Origin: Acidobacteriota bacterium
GTDB lineage: Bacteria; Acidobacteriota; UBA890; WLXD01
Reading direction: 5' to 3'
NCBI GenBank assembly: GCA_963666215.2
Contig: CAXWPL010000003.1
Coordinates: 224,001 to 288,000, forward strand
DNA length: 64,000 bases
Below, piece by piece: positions 8,900 through 17,753 of the stretch. How positions within the stretch are numbered: position 1 is the stretch's first letter; each line of letters opens with the position of its first letter. Position numbers and translations under genes: made by a program. The notes beneath the pieces were generated by a model. That model ran no database searches and was not told the DNA's origin. It saw only the letters and a program-made list of their open reading frames with translations.

Positions 8900-11230
8900 C
8901 TACTGGATCGACGTGATGTCGGGCCGTCGAACGACGTTGGTCACCGTGCGGCCGTTCTCGGTGGCGGCTACCTCAACAGAATCGTCGCGCCAGTGGACCG
9001 TCAGCGCCTCGACGCTGGTGTACTCAACACCGCCGTACTCGAGGCGCGCGGGCGTACGCGAGCTGCCGAACAGCTCGAGGCGCTCCAGCTGGGGCGAGTA
9101 GATGAGACGTTCGGCCTCGGCACGCGCGTTGGGCTCGATGAAGCGCACATCGCCTTCGGCCTCGATCACATTCCATCCGCCGGCGTCGCCGAGCGCCACG
9201 GTAATGCGGTCGCTCTCTACGCGGCGATCACCATCGGTAAACTGCGCGTCGCCGGCCACCCTGAGCTCAGGTGGATCACCCTCGACGAGCAGGCTATCGG
9301 CGCGCAGAGTAATCCAACCCTGGGACTCAGGCGCCTCTGAGCTGGCCTCGTCCGAGGAGGATGCCCCGCTGGCGCCGGAGGCCACCAAGAGCTCGACGTC
9401 CCCTGTCGCGTGCAGCTGCTGCGGGCCGCCGTCGAGTCCGGTCAGCAAGAGCGCTTCGCTGACCAGCGACTGCTCACCCCAGACGATCTGTGATCCATCG
9501 TCCAGCCGCAGCGAGTGCGCCCCCAACTCGAGGCTCGGCGCTCGCAGGTCGACGCGCGCGACGCTCATTGGATCCGGATCGTCCTCGTCGCCGACGCTTC
9601 CGCCTGCACCGAAGATCGCCTGCAGAGCGCCGAGCTGCGCCGGTATGATCGCTGCCCGTACACCCCCGCTGGCGGAAACCTCGCCGGATCCCGCCAGCGA
9701 GATCTGCGGTGCCTGCACGTCGAGGTCGTCGTCACTCACGCTAGGAGCAGGCTCGCCACCCAGAATCCAGCCTCCTGTGGCCGCATCGTAGTCGGCCTCG
9801 CTTGCCGTGAGGAGTCGCGCACCCTCCGTGAAGCTCACACTCTCCGACCATTTGCCCGTTACCAGCCGACCCTCCAGCCATCGCAACTCCAGGCTCTCGC
9901 CGCGGAAGCGCCGCTTTTGACCATCCTCCGCAATCAACTCGGCAACAATCTTGCCGCTCGCCTCGAGACTGCGGATCCCCTCGTCGCCAGCAACGAGTGT
10001 CAAGCGAGCCGCCTCCAGGGAGGGCAATGCGCCATCCGGATCGCGACCACGCCACTTCGCCCCGCCGGCGGCTTTGACGCGCTGCGAGTCGCCGTCGGGA
10101 ACTAGCTGAAGCGTTCGAGCTGTGAGCTTGCCGCGGCCGGCGAACGCCAGCGAGGCGGACTCCGAAGCCTCGGAGCTGGCTTCAATCGACGACACCGTCG
10201 CGGCGGCGTCGAAGGAAAGGCGCACGTTGTCGCCCTGGAGCGTGTGCGAGCCACCTCGATCCTCCTCCTCGCCGTCGTCGGTAGGATCCTGCGAGCGGCC
10301 GTCCACGCCGCTAGCAGCATCCGCGAATTCGCTCGACGGCTCCTCCACACGAGCGGCCTTGGCATTCGGAAACCAGCGCAGACGCGCACCGGCGCTTGCC
10401 CGCACATCGCGGAGAGAGCGACCGCCTGCGCCAAGCTCCAGCGTCAGCTGATCGCCGGTCAGCCAGCCCTGTAAGAAATCGAGCCGCGAGTCTCCTTCCA
10501 GAAGCACCGTGTCGCCGCCCGGCACCATCAAGAGCCGTTCCGCTGAACCACGCAGATTCGCCGGTAACGACGACTCGGCCACCGCCGGATCGGAGCGGAT
10601 GACGAGATCCCCCCAGAGTCTCAACTGACGTGCCACGAGCTGAGTGTCGGCACCTTCGTCCTGGCCGCTGGTAGCGAGCTCGAGGCAATCCGACTTCACT
10701 TCGAGTCCGGCAAACCACAAGGTGTTCCGGCGACAATTGCTCACGACCCCCGTAGCACGATCCCAATCCACGCGACGCGTGCGGAACTCGACCCCCCCGG
10801 GCAGCGTGGCGTGAACGTTGTCGCTGATCTGGATTTCCTCGAAGGCGCCCACGTCGCCGCTGGTCTGCATTCGATCGCCGCGCACGACGACGGGCTCGCC
10901 GTCGCCCTCGGCGTCGCTGATTCTCAGCTCCACAGCGGCCCATTCCTGCCAGCCGTCCGTGAAGTCGAGCTGTTCCTCAGCCTTAATGGTGAACCGCTCG
11001 CGGTCGTTCGCGACCTGCGTCACCGAAAGCGAACGGGTGACCGCCGAAACCGGGCTCGGCCGGTTGCTCTCGGGAGTCTCGAGAACCCGCCGCGGTGCCG
11101 CGGTCTCGATGGGCTCCTCCTCGCCGGCCGCAACCTGGCCTCCTGGAGGACTCCACTGCGTGTAAACCGCCAACCCGACCGTCGCGGCAACCGCGACGAA
11201 ACCGAGCCGGAACGCGCTCCGTGCTCGCAT
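8900..11230 (-). CDS. Long LptC/LptA (OstA-like beta-jellyroll) LPS export periplasmic protein
   Basis: N-terminal TM anchor, then repeated beta-rich units (LEASGKIV, LHATGDVEL, IEAEGDVRF...ARAEAERLIY...LELFG) typical of LptA/OstA; usual neighbour of lptB. Confidence 0.7.
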   Translation of the reverse strand: MRARSAFRLGFVAVAATVGLAVYTQWSPPGGQVAAGEEEPIETAAPRRVLETPESNRPSPVSAVTRSLSVTQVANDRERFTIKAEEQLDFTDGWQEWAAVELRISDAEGDGEPVVVRGDRMQTSGDVGAFEEIQISDNVHATLPGGVEFRTRRVDWDRATGVVSNCRRNTLWFAGLEVKSDCLELATSGQDEGADTQLVARQLRLWGDLVIRSDPAVAESSLPANLRGSAERLLMVPGGDTVLLEGDSRLDFLQGWLTGDQLTLELGAGGRSLRDVRASAGARLRWFPNAKAARVEEPSSEFADAASGVDGRSQDPTDDGEEEDRGGSHTLQGDNVRLSFDAAATVSSIEASSEASESASLAFAGRGKLTARTLQLVPDGDSQRVKAAGGAKWRGRDPDGALPSLEAARLTLVAGDEGIRSLEASGKIVAELIAEDGQKRRFRGESLELRWLEGRLVTGKWSESVSFTEGARLLTASEADYDAATGGWILGGEPAPSVSDDDLDVQAPQISLAGSGEVSASGGVRAAIIPAQLGALQAIFGAGGSVGDEDDPDPMSVARVDLRAPSLELGAHSLRLDDGSQIVWGEQSLVSEALLLTGLDGGPQQLHATGDVELLVASGASGASSSDEASSEAPESQGWITLRADSLLVEGDPPELRVAGDAQFTDGDRRVESDRITVALGDAGGWNVIEAEGDVRFIEPNARAEAERLIYSPQLERLELFGSSRTPARLEYGGVEYTSVEALTVHWRDDSVEVAATENGRTVTNVVRRPDITSIQ

Positions 11231-11259
11231 CGCTTCAGCCTAGGCTCTGGGCGCCCGAC

Positions 11260-11544
11260 TCAGCCGCGCACCGGTCGGTGGCGATCGAACTCCTCACGGT
11301 AGTACTGGCGGTGCAGGATTTCCCACTCATCACCGCCCTCGGGAATATCACGCTTCTGCGAAGAGATCTTCTGGCGCACGCGACGCTCGATGAACTCGTC
11401 GCGCCGCAGCTCCTCTTGCAAGATCTGCACGATCACCAGACGTACATTGTTCGGCTCGCGGCGCAACTGCACCCCAGGGTCTTCGAGCAGCCCGTCGATT
11501 ACGAGCCGCGAAAGGTGATTAACCTTGTCACGTGAGAGTCGCAC
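11260..11544 (-). CDS. DUF507-family protein
   Basis: MRLSRDKVNHLS...QKISSQKRDIPEGGDEWEILHRQYYREE pattern. Confidence 0.75.
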   Translation of the reverse strand: MRLSRDKVNHLSRLVIDGLLEDPGVQLRREPNNVRLVIVQILQEELRRDEFIERRVRQKISSQKRDIPEGGDEWEILHRQYYREEFDRHRPVRG

Positions 11545-11546
11545 GG

Positions 11547-11825
11547 CTACAGAATCATGTTGCGCTCACGCGCGAGCTTGGCCTTGATGACCTTGAACAT
11601 CTCGTGGTGTTCGACGTCGGCGCGGCGGATTTGTTCGGTGTGTTCCTGCATGATCTCGCGGACTTCGTCGTTGAGCTTGTCCTCGACGCGGAGCTCATCG
11701 GCGATGATCTGGTGCACGCGAGTCTCGGTGTCGAGGGAATCGGAAACCGAGATCAGCCCGACCTTACAAATGTCGTGTACGATCCGGAAGGCGATGACCT
11801 CGATCTGGTCTTGCGTCAGGCGCAT
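11547..11825 (-). CDS. DUF507-family protein (paralog)
   Basis: ELRVEDKLNDEVREIM...EMFKVIKAKLARERNMIL pattern. Confidence 0.75.
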   Translation of the reverse strand: MRLTQDQIEVIAFRIVHDICKVGLISVSDSLDTETRVHQIIADELRVEDKLNDEVREIMQEHTEQIRRADVEHHEMFKVIKAKLARERNMIL

Positions 11826-11950
11826 CGCTTCCCTCGACGACCGTAGGCTGCAGAACTCCCCCGCTTACCAGCGAAGTTCGTGCCCACAATCCTAGCACGC
11901 AGTCCACTGCCTCCTTTGTTGCACGCCCCCCGGCGACAAACACTGCCCGG

Positions 11951-13411
11951 CTAACGAATCTCGAGCTCCGTTTCGCGGACTCCGAGATCGCCTCCGGCGG
12001 TCAGTCGCAGCGTGAACGCACCCACCGCGTCCTCCGGAAAAACCGCCCGCACGATAAGGGGTCCGGCGACTGTGGAACCCCAGAGCGAGCTGTCCACTTG
12101 CAGTGCGATGACCTCGTGTAACGGGTTGATGAGCTCCACCGCAACAGATTCTGGATCGGGAGCGCCTCCGGGGCCCCAGGCGACGACAACGATCTCCTGG
12201 CCCGCTTCGAACTTCGCACTTGGCGGCGTCAATACCGCAACCTCGCCGCCCTCGTGCAAGCGGACGACTACGCTACCGACAATGGCCGGACCGAGCCCCG
12301 CCACCTCGGCAACATCTACCGAGCCCTGCCAGCTGCGCATCTTGCCGGAGAGCGGCTCGAACAGGCGCAAACTCGCGTCATAGGTGCCCGACGGAGCCGA
12401 GATCGCCACTGCCGTGTGCAAATCGCTCGTCGCCAGCTCTTGAAGCTCCTCTTCAGTCAGAGCAAGCAGCAGCTCTCGCGTGTCGGTCGCCCGCTGTCCA
12501 GCGGCGTTCACGAGCTCGGTCTCGAGCTGCAACTTGGCGACGAAAGCGCCGTCGATGGGCTCGAAAACCAGGTCACGCAGCCGCATCTGGATGGGCAACG
12601 TGATCGCGCCGCCGGATCCTTCGACTCCCCAGCCGTCGAGCGGAACGCTCAGCGGCTCCTCGGAAGTCACGATCTCGGTTACCGCCGTCGCCGACAACGC
12701 CGAGGGAGTCGCGCCGGCGCTGGCGTCGAACTCGGTGACCGGATCGAGCACCCACGCCTCGTTGGTGTACTCCATCGCGCGCCGCAGGTTCACTGGATAC
12801 GCACCGGGGCCCAGCATCGTCGGGTCGCAGACCTCGTACTGGCCGGGGCGAGGTTCGATGAAGTAAACGTTGAACTCGCCGTACCGCGCACGGAAGCTGA
12901 TGTTGTTCGTGAAGTAGACCCACGCCACCCCCGACGGCGAGCTGCAGCGACCGAAGTTCCTGAGCGACTGTGAGCGCATACTGCTCGGTCGGCCCAGGAT
13001 TACCCAGACGCGCCCGCGATCGGACTTCCAACCGCGAGGGAAACCGGCAAACCGACGATTGACGTCGGCGACTCGCTGATAGAACTCGGTGAGGAACGGG
13101 TTCTGCTCGTCGCGTGGGTCATCGTCACGACGATCCCAAAACCAGCGGATGAACGCGATGCGCTCCTCATCGGTCTCGAGCTTTTCCCAGATGTCCCTCT
13201 CCTCCTTGAGGATGATGTACTCGACCGGACCGCTGAGCCACTTGCGCAGCTCGACATCCTCCTCGAAACGCCTGATCGAGGCTTGCACCGTCTCGGGGAA
13301 CTCTTCCTGGGCCGCGGCGGTGCGCATACCGAACGGGAAACCCAGCGCCAGCGCCACTAAGCACGCCGAAAGACCGACCCGGCGTTCAGGGCTCGTCATC
13401 CATGGACTCAT
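11951..13411 (-). CDS. GWxTD domain-containing exported protein
   Basis: Signal peptide; YIILKEER...FIRWFWDRRD...NPF...GWKSDRGRVWVILGRP. Confidence 0.9.
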   Translation of the reverse strand: MSPWMTSPERRVGLSACLVALALGFPFGMRTAAAQEEFPETVQASIRRFEEDVELRKWLSGPVEYIILKEERDIWEKLETDEERIAFIRWFWDRRDDDPRDEQNPFLTEFYQRVADVNRRFAGFPRGWKSDRGRVWVILGRPSSMRSQSLRNFGRCSSPSGVAWVYFTNNISFRARYGEFNVYFIEPRPGQYEVCDPTMLGPGAYPVNLRRAMEYTNEAWVLDPVTEFDASAGATPSALSATAVTEIVTSEEPLSVPLDGWGVEGSGGAITLPIQMRLRDLVFEPIDGAFVAKLQLETELVNAAGQRATDTRELLLALTEEELQELATSDLHTAVAISAPSGTYDASLRLFEPLSGKMRSWQGSVDVAEVAGLGPAIVGSVVVRLHEGGEVAVLTPPSAKFEAGQEIVVVAWGPGGAPDPESVAVELINPLHEVIALQVDSSLWGSTVAGPLIVRAVFPEDAVGAFTLRLTAGGDLGVRETELEIR

Positions 13412-13704
13412 GTCGTTGCTCCTTGCTCACCTGCCAACGCTGAGAAGCCCGCTGGCCTCTGGCGCGGATCGCCACCATTAGCTACCGCGCTGCGGCGGGC
13501 CCATCATCGTGATTCCGGTGATTCTCTTGGACTCTCTACTGGGTTTCTTCGCATCGGGGCGTCAGAGGACACCTCAGGCGCTCGGATGCATTCTAGCAGC
13601 GGCGAAAAACCCACAGGCCGAGGAGCGTCCCGGCGGCGTACTCGCGCTCGCGCCGGGCACCGTCCCGCTTGCCGCCAGCCGGACAGGGTGTTACTAGGCG
13701 CGTT

Positions 13705-15057
13705 ATGGTTGCCGAGCGTTACGACCTTCCCGGTCCGGAAATCGAACCCCAAGCGATCGCGCTGCTCCAGCGCTTCGTCGCCGTCGCGAGCGTCTCGGCG
13801 CGTGGGGAGCTCCTCGAGGAAGGTGCACGAGCCGCGGCGGAGATCGCGGCCGCGTGCGGGTTCGAAACCGAAACCTGGCGTGGCGAGGGCGCACCGGTGG
13901 TGTTCGCAAGCGTGTCGGTGCCGAACGCCACCCGCACCGTGCTGTTCTACGGCCATTACGACGTTCAACCACCGGAGCCGCTCGAGCTGTGGAGCTCGCC
14001 GCCCTTCGAGGCGACGCTGCGCGACGGGGCGCTCTACGGCCGCGGGACTGCCGACAACAAGGGGCAACTGCTGGCCCATCTGCTCGCGGTCGGCTGGCTT
14101 CGCGATCGTGGCGAGCTTTGCGTCAACGTCAAGGTCCTCATCGAGGGCGAGGAGGAAATCGGTAGCCCGACGATCTCCGCCATAGCCGACAAGCACCGCG
14201 ACCAACTCCAGGCCGACCTGGCGATCACCGCGGATGGCCCCGTGCACGACGATGGGCGACCTGTCGTCATTTTTGGAGTCCGGGGCCTGCTCTACGTGGA
14301 GATCGAGACTCGAGGAGCCAACCGCGACCTCCACTCGGGCAACCGTGGCGGGCTCGCCCCCTCGCCGGCTTGGAACCTGGTGAATCTGCTGAGTGAGCTG
14401 CGTGAGCCTGGCGGCACCGTTCGGGTCCCAGGTTTCTACGACTGCGTGCGCCCACCGACGGACGACGAGCTCGCCATGATGGCTGCGTTACCGCTCGATC
14501 GCGCAGGCCTGTTGAAGGATCTTGGTGTGGAGCGGTTTCCTCGAGCTGAGCTCCATCCTTGGGAAACGCTGATGTTCGAGCCCACCTTCAATATTTGCGG
14601 GCTCTACAGCGGCTATGCCGGGCCAGGCGCCAAGACAGTCATCCCCCACCGCGCCGCCTGCAAGATCGACATGCGACTCGTTCCCGACCAGGACCCCGAC
14701 GAGATCTGGGAATTGCTGTGCGCCCGTGTCGAGAAGATCGATCCAAGCGCCCGACTGCGTCGCCTGGCGTCGGTCGCTCCCTCGTCAACACCTCCGAACA
14801 CCCCGCTGGCGAGCCTCGTCGTCGCGTCGGTTCGCGCGGCGACCAACCAGGAACCCTGGATGCGGCCACGCTTGGGAGGCACGACCCCCGACACCGTTTT
14901 CACTCGCGTTCTGGGGCTACCAAGCCTGTCGGTGCCCTACGCGTCGCCCGACATGAACAATCACGCTCCCAACGAGAAGATGACGCTCGAAGCGCTGAGG
15001 CGCGGAATCCGCTGCTCGGCGGCAATCTGTCGCGAGCTAGGCTTCTCTCGCTCGTGA
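13705..15057 (+). CDS. M20/M25/M40 family metallopeptidase (ArgE/DapE-like)
   Basis: YGHYDVQP, GRGTADNKGQ, EGEEEIGS and HAPNE motifs intact. Confidence 0.93.
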   Translation: MVAERYDLPGPEIEPQAIALLQRFVAVASVSARGELLEEGARAAAEIAAACGFETETWRGEGAPVVFASVSVPNATRTVLFYGHYDVQPPEPLELWSSPPFEATLRDGALYGRGTADNKGQLLAHLLAVGWLRDRGELCVNVKVLIEGEEEIGSPTISAIADKHRDQLQADLAITADGPVHDDGRPVVIFGVRGLLYVEIETRGANRDLHSGNRGGLAPSPAWNLVNLLSELREPGGTVRVPGFYDCVRPPTDDELAMMAALPLDRAGLLKDLGVERFPRAELHPWETLMFEPTFNICGLYSGYAGPGAKTVIPHRAACKIDMRLVPDQDPDEIWELLCARVEKIDPSARLRRLASVAPSSTPPNTPLASLVVASVRAATNQEPWMRPRLGGTTPDTVFTRVLGLPSLSVPYASPDMNNHAPNEKMTLEALRRGIRCSAAICRELGFSRS

Positions 15058-15093
15058 ATCGTTACGCTTGACGCTGCAGCTGATTGCGGTCGA

Positions 15094-17499
15094 CTAGTTG
15101 CCGCAAAATGGCGTGATGTCGGGCTGAAAAGAAGACCCGAGGCTCCCTCCTTGCACCGCAACAAGCGTTGCGGCCGCACAGGCCCCCTGCCTCAGACCTG
15201 ACAGCGGCGACCCTTCGGTGGCGCCCATCGAGAGCAAGCTGCGAAACGCCTGATGTAGCCCCCGCACACCACTCAACACCGAGGCCAATCGGCGATCGTC
15301 GCGCGCCTCGAACAGCGCAACCTGGCCCTGCGAAGGCGTTCCATCGGCGTACACCCATCCCGACGGCGTGCCGCCGCCAGCGGGTATCGCCCACCAGGCA
15401 TGGGCCGCCTGCCGCGACTCGGCGCCGGAGCCGAGTCGACTCGCGACCTCTCCCTCACCCCTCTCCCCCTCAACGGCTGGGATGAACGCCGGCCGCTCTG
15501 CACCCCCCGTAGGCATGACAGCTGGCCCGACAATCGTGGCTCCCGCGTCGAGTTGCCCCTGCGCCGCGCTACGCGCCGTGACGGGCCACCCAACGAAGGA
15601 ACTGCCGTCGGCACTCCCGTCGTCGGCGCCCCACTCGCGCCACCGGGTTCGCCCGTTGACGGCCGCCCGCAAGGTGGTGTCGAATGCCGTGACCGGCACC
15701 TCAGAGGCCAGGCGGTTCAAGATCTGACTCAGCACCGCCAACCGCACCAGGCCGTAGCCCGCATGGACGGCCGAGGCCATGCCGCTGTCGCGATCTACCA
15801 CCACGTCGTCGACCAGCCAGACTTGGGCTCGCCCGAGGGTTTCGCTCTGCGGCGGTCTCCACGCGACGCCCGCAAGCGCCGTGCCACGCCGCGCCAAGCC
15901 CGCAACCTGCCGCAGTTCCCTCAGGGCCGCCAGCGCCAGCAAGGCCAGTACCTCTGGCCCCGACCGATCGAAGTCGCCAGCGGCGCGCAAGGCGGCGAGA
16001 TGCAGCCCGAGGCCCGGGTGCGGCCCCGCGACTCCGCTGGTTGTCTGTGAGCCCGTCGTCATCGAGTCGCTGGCTGCGGCCGGACCCGCCCCCTCCGTAA
16101 GGCCGTCACGATCGCGGGAGCTGTAGTCCTCCAGAATACGGCCCTCGACCACCGCGAGGCGATTCAGGCTCTCGTACAAACCGGCGAGCCGGTCGGCGAG
16201 GACGGGCCGATGGCTGTCGCCCACACCCAACACCACAACCGCGCTGGAACGGGTGCCTGGTGGCAGTGTGAGAGTCAGTGCGGTCGAACCCCCGTTGACG
16301 TTCCTCACCTCCACTCGCAGCTCAATGAGCGCGGGCTCTGCACCGGCGTTGCCGGGAGAAGCGAGTATGCGGTCCGTCGAATCCTGATCCGGATCGCCTG
16401 CCACCGCTTGCGACCGTGACGGCGTGTCTGTGCTCGAGGCGCCCGACGGGGCCGGAGGAACGGCTGAGCCTTGTGAGCTCTCTCGAGCGCTTCGAGGGAT
16501 TTCCACAACCTCGTCGCCGACGGTCAGCGTCAACGCGACAGAGTCGGCGTATTCGGGCAACGCCTCGACCAGCTGTTCTTGGCTCAAATCGAGGTCGTCC
16601 AAGGTCTCGTCGTCTGCCGTTCGCCTGGAAGCGGCGCGACTGGCCCGCGCCGCTTGCGCCGCCTCCAGCACCCCCTCTGACCCGGGCACGAAGCTCAGGC
16701 GCACACCACCGCGGACAGCCGCGGCGACGCTGGTCTCGATGCGAGCCAGCGTACGATTCTCCGCCATCACCGTCGCCGTGAGCCGTGCGGCACCACCGGG
16801 CTCTATACGCTCAGCCGCGCCTGCCGATCCGGTCGCTTGCCGAGCTGGCCGCGATGTCGGCCCGCCACCTTCCTCGGTAGTCATGTCGTACGACGGATCA
16901 ATATCTACCCAACTGCCACGTCGGCGAACCTGCACCCAGTAGTGGTCGGAAGTCATCTCCACCCAACGAACCCAGGGATCACCGGGTGAGTAGCTTGCCG
17001 GCGGGCTTCCGCCCACCAACCGGGCGGCGCTGGCCCAATCGAGGCGACCCGACACAACTCGTGCCTCCTGGCCGCGCAGCCGATAGAGCTCGCTGAGCAG
17101 TAGCGCGCGATCGAGCGAATTTCCACTGCCGGCCAGGAGCGTACCCGCCGCGCCGTAGCGGCTTCCGAAGTACGGCTCGAAGTCGATCGCCGCACGCACG
17201 TATCGCAGCGGCGCGTCCTGCCCGGGCCCAAGAGCTGCGCCAGCCGCGGCGAGCGAAAACCGCTCGGTACTCGAAGCGGGGACCGCGACACCCCGGAGCA
17301 CCGTGTCGACGTCGACGCGCTCGAAGAAGGAGCGCATGACGATTTGAAGCTCGTCCGACCAGTCGACCGTAGGCTCTTGACGACCGCGAGCAACGCCAGA
17401 CTGCTGGCTCGATGCAGAGGGAACCTGGCCGAAGATAAGGGCCACAGCGAGCACGGGCAACGCGGCTCGAGCGTGCCGGGACACAGCCAAAGTCAACAT
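15094..17499 (-). CDS. Exported protein with an N-terminal transglutaminase-like domain (Cys replaced by Ser)
   Basis: Signal peptide; GNSLDRALLL...ARVVSG...DHYWVQV...WVDIDPS matches the transglutaminase core GxCxD...HxWxxV...WxxxDP. Confidence 0.6.
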   Translation of the reverse strand: MLTLAVSRHARAALPVLAVALIFGQVPSASSQQSGVARGRQEPTVDWSDELQIVMRSFFERVDVDTVLRGVAVPASSTERFSLAAAGAALGPGQDAPLRYVRAAIDFEPYFGSRYGAAGTLLAGSGNSLDRALLLSELYRLRGQEARVVSGRLDWASAARLVGGSPPASYSPGDPWVRWVEMTSDHYWVQVRRRGSWVDIDPSYDMTTEEGGGPTSRPARQATGSAGAAERIEPGGAARLTATVMAENRTLARIETSVAAAVRGGVRLSFVPGSEGVLEAAQAARASRAASRRTADDETLDDLDLSQEQLVEALPEYADSVALTLTVGDEVVEIPRSARESSQGSAVPPAPSGASSTDTPSRSQAVAGDPDQDSTDRILASPGNAGAEPALIELRVEVRNVNGGSTALTLTLPPGTRSSAVVVLGVGDSHRPVLADRLAGLYESLNRLAVVEGRILEDYSSRDRDGLTEGAGPAAASDSMTTGSQTTSGVAGPHPGLGLHLAALRAAGDFDRSGPEVLALLALAALRELRQVAGLARRGTALAGVAWRPPQSETLGRAQVWLVDDVVVDRDSGMASAVHAGYGLVRLAVLSQILNRLASEVPVTAFDTTLRAAVNGRTRWREWGADDGSADGSSFVGWPVTARSAAQGQLDAGATIVGPAVMPTGGAERPAFIPAVEGERGEGEVASRLGSGAESRQAAHAWWAIPAGGGTPSGWVYADGTPSQGQVALFEARDDRRLASVLSGVRGLHQAFRSLLSMGATEGSPLSGLRQGACAAATLVAVQGGSLGSSFQPDITPFCGN

Positions 17500-17753
17500 G
17501 CGCAGCACATTAGAGGCGGTCCGGAGGGGTGTCAAACCACGGCGCGAGTCCCTCGCAACGCACGCCAAAGGCGCCCGTGACGCAAACAGGCCGGCGGCAA
17601 AGCACCTCCCCTCGCGTGGAGGGCCTCGAGGCGTTCACGACAGTGGTCGCTGGTAGACTCTGGCATCGTCGCACCAGTTTCTCAGTGTCCCGGGGCGCAC
17701 CCCGCCATCGGCGGATATCGAAGCGGAACCGGAATCGCGGAAGGTGATCGTTT

